Below are positions 53,037 to 57,740 of a DNA stretch of 57,740 bases, piece by piece. The stretch lies in assembly GCF_004010195.1 (NCBI RefSeq), contig NC_057749.1, forward strand, positions 10,527,409 to 10,585,148. Direction: 5' to 3'. A program made the translations under genes and the position numbers. The notes beneath the pieces were generated by a model that made no database searches, was not told the origin of the DNA, and saw only the letters and a program-made list of their open reading frames with translations. The stretch comes from Chiloscyllium plagiosum (Eukaryota). Each line of letters starts with the position of its first letter. The first letter of the stretch is position 1.

Positions 53037-53342
53037 TGGCTCATTCTGGAGTTTAGGCTCCACAAGACCCTCCTCCCATCTCTCTTCAGGGAATCCCAAC
53101 ATGACATCCTACCTCCCTGGAAGATGATCCAGTTTCCACTCATGCATATCATACAGTTCTCAGTCTCCACCATTCCTTTTGGTATCACTTGCGAACCAGT
53201 CTCTCGGTTTATTGTTTCTGGTGGATTCCTTAATGAGTTTATTAGCATCTATCTTCCAGTTATGATCCTTAGTATTGGCCTCTCTTATTCCTTCTGCTAT
53301 TCAGCTGCTCTGGTTCTGTTCGCCAAGCTGGAAGTTTTTGTT

Positions 53343-53382
53343 GCAAACGTTTCGTCCCCTGGCTAGGTGACATCATCAGTGC
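53343..53382 (-). ncRNA. Minimal hammerhead ribozyme motif (left arm)
   Basis: GCA-CUGAUGA-U-GUCACCU-AGCC-AGGGGAC-GAAAC-GUU-UGC. Confidence 0.78.
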
Positions 53383-53463
53383 TTGGGAGCCTCCTGCGAA
53401 GCGCTTCTTTGATGTTTCCTCCGGTGTTTATAGTGGTCTGTCCCTGTCGCAGGAGGCTCCCAA

Positions 53464-53503
53464 GCACTGATGATGTCGCCGAGCCAGGGGACGAAACGTT
53501 TGC
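53464..53503 (+). ncRNA. Minimal hammerhead ribozyme motif (right arm)
   Basis: GCA-CUGAUGA-U-GUCGCC-GAGCCA-GGGGAC-GAAAC-GUU-UGC. Confidence 0.72.
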
Positions 53504-53593
53504 AACAAAAACTTCCAGCTCAGCGAACAGAACCACAGCAACGAGCACCCGAGCTACAAATCTTCGCTATTCAGCTGTTTTATAATTTGTTAT

Positions 53594-54731
53594 AGAACAT
53601 AGAAAAGTACAGCATAGAACAGGCCCTTTAGCCCACGATGTTGTGCCGAGCATTATTCCTAATGTAAAATAAAATAACTTAACCTACGCATCCCTCAACG
53701 CACTGCTCTCCATTTGCATGTCCAGCAGTCGCTTAAAAGTCCCTAATGACTCTGCTCCCACCACCACCGCTGGCAGCACATTCCATGCATTCACAACTCT
53801 CTCAGTAAAAAACCTTCCTCTGACGTCCCCTCTATACCTTTCTCCTAATATCTTAAAACAATGACCCCTCGTACCAGTCAATCCTGCCCTGGGGAAAAGT
53901 CTCTGGCTATTGACTCTATCTATGCCACTCATTATTTTGTACACCTCAATCAGGTCTCCTCCTCTTCCTCCTTCTCTCCAGAGAGAAAAGTCCAAGCTTA
54001 GTCAACCTCTCTTCATAAGGCAAGCCCTCCAGTCCAGGAAGCATCCTGGTAAACCTTCTTTGCACTCTGTCCAAAGCCTCTGTATCTTTCCTATAGTAGG
54101 GTGACCAGAACTGGACACAATATTCCAAGTGTGGCCTCACCAGGGACTTGTAGAGCTGTATTAAAACCTCGCGGCTCTTAAACTCGATCCCCCTGCTAAT
54201 GAAAGCCAAAACACCATATGCTTTCTTAACAACCCTATTCACTTGGGTGGCCATTTTGGGGAACTATGTACTTGCACACCAAGATCCCTCAGTTCCGCTA
54301 CACTGCCAAGAATCCTGTCTTTAATCCTATATTCAGCATTCGAGTTCGACCTTCCAAAATGCATCACTTCGCATTTATCCAGGTTGAACTCCATTTGCCA
54401 TTTCTCAGCCCAGTTCTGCATCCTGGGGTCTATGTTGCGCTGCAGCCTCAATAGGATACTATCAACGGCACCTCCAACCTTTGTGTCATCTGCAAATTTA
54501 CTAACCCATCCCTCAATCTCCTCATCCAAGTCATTTATAAAAACTACAAAGAGCAGAGGCCCAAGAACAGAGCCCTGCGGGACCCCACTCAACACTGTCC
54601 TCCAGACAGAATACTTTCCACCTATAACCACTCTCTGCCTCCTGTCAGCCAACCTAAACTGAATCCAGGTAGCCAAATCTCCCTGTATCCCATATCTCCT
54701 GACTTTATGAATGAGTCTACCATGGGGACCC
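53594..54731 (-). mobile_element. Young CR1 3' fragment
   Basis: SGVPQGSVLGPLLFVVFINDLDE...KFADDTK...LVRPHLEYCVQFWSP; few frameshifts. Confidence 0.93.
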
Positions 54732-55484
54732 ATGAAAGTGAATACCTCACACGTTCCCATACTGTACTCCATCTACCATTTCTTTGCTCACTGCCCTCCA
54801 TCATCCAAATCCTTCTGATGCCTCCACGTTTTTTTAACACTACCTGTCCCTCCAGCTAACTGTGTTATCTGCAAATTGAGCAACAATGCCCTCAGTTCCT
54901 TCGTCCGAATTGTTGATGTAGAACTTGAATAGTTGTGGTCCTGACACTGAATCCTGTGGAACTTTGGCAATCCACTGGCTGCTATCCTGAAAAAGACCCC
55001 TTTGCCCTTACTTTCTACCTTCTGCCAGGCAGCCAACTCTCTATCATGCCCATACCTTGCCCTAACACCAGGGGCTCTTACCTTATTTTGCCACCTCCAA
55101 AGTGTGACACTTTGTCTGCAAATCCAAATAGATCACATCCATTGGCTCTTCTTTGTCTAACTTGCTCATTACCTCCTTGAAGAATTCTAACAGATTTGTC
55201 AGGCATGACCTCCCTGGATGAATGAGGAATATTGGCCATCATTTTCTGCTTATCTTCAAAAAAGTGCCATGGGATCTTTCTACGTTAGACCAAGAAACCA
55301 GAAGCTGCTTCAGAATGACAGTGTCTCCAAAAGTACTGCACACCCTCGGAATTGCACTGGAAGTGCCAAGATCTTGTCAAATCTCATTGCCTCCCCCCAG
55401 TCCCATGAGTCTTGTTGCCAACATTGTCCCCATCCCCCAACCATGGTCCATGTGAGATGATTGACTTCAGCAGAAGGAACAAGA

Positions 55485-56290
55485 CAAGGGAGCACTCAGT
55501 GAATGGCAGGACCTTACAAAGTTCAGAGTGATCTTGGGATGCTTGCCCACAGATCCCTGAAGGTGACAGGACAGGTTAATAGGGTTAACAAGGCATACGG
55601 GACACCTGCTTTTATCAGGGAGCAGAAAGTAAGGACTGCAGATGCTGGATAGCAGAGTCAAAAAGTGTGGCACTGGAAAAGCACAGCCGGTCAGACAGCA
55701 TCCGGGGAGCAGGAGAGTCGACATTTCGAGCATAAGCGTCGTGACCTGCTTCTATCAGTCAAGGCATGGATTAAAAGGGCAAGAAGTTATGTTGGAGCTG
55801 TACAGGATTGGTCGGGGCAGAGCTGGAATACTGTGTGCCGTTCCAGTCACCGCACTATGAGAAGGATGTGATTGTACTGGAGACAGTGCAGAGGAGATTC
55901 ACCAGGACGTTACCTCTGAGATGAAGAGATGCTATTCTTTGGAACAGAGATGATTGAGGGGGGATCCTGATTGAGATGTTTAAGATTACGTCGGGCAAGG
56001 ACAGTCGTGATTGAAAGTAGCTGTGAAGGGTCAAGAGCGAGGGAGCACACTTTTAAAGTGAAACAGAGGTTTAGAGGAAAATCCTTTTCATCCTAAGGAT
56101 GGTGTGGGTTTGGAATGCACTGTCTGGGAGAGTAATTAAGGGATGAAACTTCACAATCTTTAAAAAGTTTGGACGAACACTCTAAGTATCATAACTTTCA
56201 AGGCCTAATGTGCGAAGGTGGGCCAAGTTAGGTGCAAACTCAATGGGCTGAAGGAACTCTTCCATGCTGGATGACTCTATCATTCTCTGA
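55485..56290 (+). mobile_element. Old CR1 3' fragment (a younger CR1 follows at about 57230-57606)
   Basis: Degenerate CR1 ORF2 end; GPLLFIIYINDLD...FADDTK at 57230. Confidence 0.75.
55619..55743 (-). mobile_element. PLE terminal fragment with 15-bp TSD, inside a CR1
   Basis: acctgcttttatcag (55604-55618) and acctgcttctatcag (55744-55758). Confidence 0.8.
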
Positions 56291-57606
56291 GGATACAGCT
56301 GGGTTCGGCTGTGGTGCTCCCAGCTTGAGGAGTTCCTGCAGAGCTAGGCCGGACCAGAGACTGTGTGTCAGTCCATCCAGCACCATGCAGAGAGACACGG
56401 GCGGTGGGACATTGGCTCACGAAGGACATATCAAGAAAAAGGAGAGAGTGCTCTCAGTAACCATCAGCTCTTCATGGTTGACAGAAAGGATAAATGTTCC
56501 TGCATCCGGCGTCTACCATCAAGAATGTGAAGGACTTCCTAATCTTAGCCCTTCAAGGTCTGTGAGGTAAAACTGTCAAAAGTATACGACTCATTTCAAA
56601 AGCATCCTTGGGGTAGGGATAGACTGAACTTCAGAGATAAGGAGACCTTCACAACACAGCTGGACTAGGCAAGAAGCAGGCGTGAACTCTGTACCAGCTA
56701 ACTATCTGATTTCCACCCTATTCTCCACACAGCCTGGAAACTAATGTGCAACCGGCCTGTACAAACACTGATTCATTACACTGAGCAGCCGATATCATAC
56801 AATCTCGAGTGAGCTCTTGTTTTGCTCACTCATGTATCGCTGCTTGGGCCAGCATTTATTGCCATCCCCAGTTGCCCCTTGAGAAGGTGGTGGTGAGCTG
56901 CCTCCTTCAACCTTGCAGACCATGTGGTTGACCCACAGTACCCTGAGGGAGGGAATTACAGGATTTTCACCCAGTGACACTCAAGGAACAGTGCTATATT
57001 TCCAAGTCAGAATGGTGAGAGTCTCGGAGGGACACTTAAAGGGGGTGGTGTTGACCAAAGCTTGAGCAAGCTTTGACCAAATTTCATTTCTTTGACCTGA
57101 GCTGGTACAAGGCTGGCAGAAACTGAAGATACAGGTTTCAGAAGAGAATCAATGGATGATAAACTGGAAGAAATGAGCTGAGGGAACACAGCTTCCGAAC
57201 GATGGGAACACAGATTATCAGAAGGTTGGCGGGTCCACTACTTTTCATCATTTATATAAATGATTTGGATGCGAGCATAAGAGGTACAGTTAGTGAGTTT
57301 GCAGATGACACCAAAATTGGAGGTGTAGTGGACAGCGAAAAGGGTTACCTCAGATTAAAACAGGATCTTGACCAGATGGGCCAATGGGCTGAGAAAATGG
57401 CAGATGGAGTTTAATTCAGATAAATGCGAGGTGCTACATTTTGGGAAAGCAAATCTTAGCAGGACTTATACGTTTAATGGTAAGGTCCTCGGGAGTGTTG
57501 CTTAACAAAGAGTGCAGGTTCATAGTTCCTTGAAAGTGGAGTCGCAGGTAGATAGGATAGTGAAGGCGGCGTCTGGTATGCTTTCCTTTATTGGTCAGAG
57601 TATTGA

Positions 57607-57740
57607 CCAATCCTCCTTCCAATCCTCCCACTTCCTCCAAACGAAAGGAGTAGCCATGGGCACCCGCATGGGCCCCAGCTATGCCTGCCTCTTCGTAGGA
57701 TATGTGGAACAATCCATCTTCCGCAACTACACTGGCACCA
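57607..57740 (+). mobile_element. Penelope-like RT fragment of a second clade, inserted in a CR1 and running off the window
   Basis: HFLQTKGVAMGTRMGPSYACLFVGYVEQSIF. Confidence 0.85.

Larger units (their letters stand above)
53308..53565. mobile_element. Hairpin PLE insertion (89-bp arms, 47-bp spacer) with a perfect 12-bp TSD
   Basis: gctattcagctg at 53296-53307 and 53566-53577; arms 53311-53399 and 53447-53535. Confidence 0.9.

Noticed and set aside
53311..53535. DNA-transposon MITE or pre-miRNA interpretation of the hairpins
   Set aside because: Arms are PLE terminal-repeat sequence also found singly (32574); ends are asymmetric and TSDs are 12-15 bp

Overview
Vertebrate genomic DNA, not prokaryotic. 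The repeat content (HE1-type V-SINEs, CR1 LINEs, Deu-domain SINEs) points to an elasmobranch (shark). Two convergent genes are present. CYP11A1 (P450scc) exons 3-9 lie on + (527-22186) and splice in frame with GT-AG sites. Seven 3' coding exons of CCDC33 lie on - (45991-27366), the same tail-to-tail neighbourhood as in human. Introns are filled with a decayed Gypsy LTR element, CR1, Rex1-like and RTE LINE fragments, SINEs and a Tc1/mariner-type MITE, and there is a 569-N gap. The most notable non-genic signal is about 13 short Penelope-like (PLE) insertions bounded by 12-15 bp target-site duplications (two of the flanking pairs are degenerate). Many are built as inverted (hairpin) pairs of element 3' termini. 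Their terminal repeats, from about six sequence families, keep a minimal hammerhead-ribozyme core (CUGANGA-N-stem II-GAAA-NUH) with different stem II sequences. PLE-associated hammerheads are a known class; the diversity, geometry and mini-elements here deserve follow-up. All calls are by eye and no database search was run.
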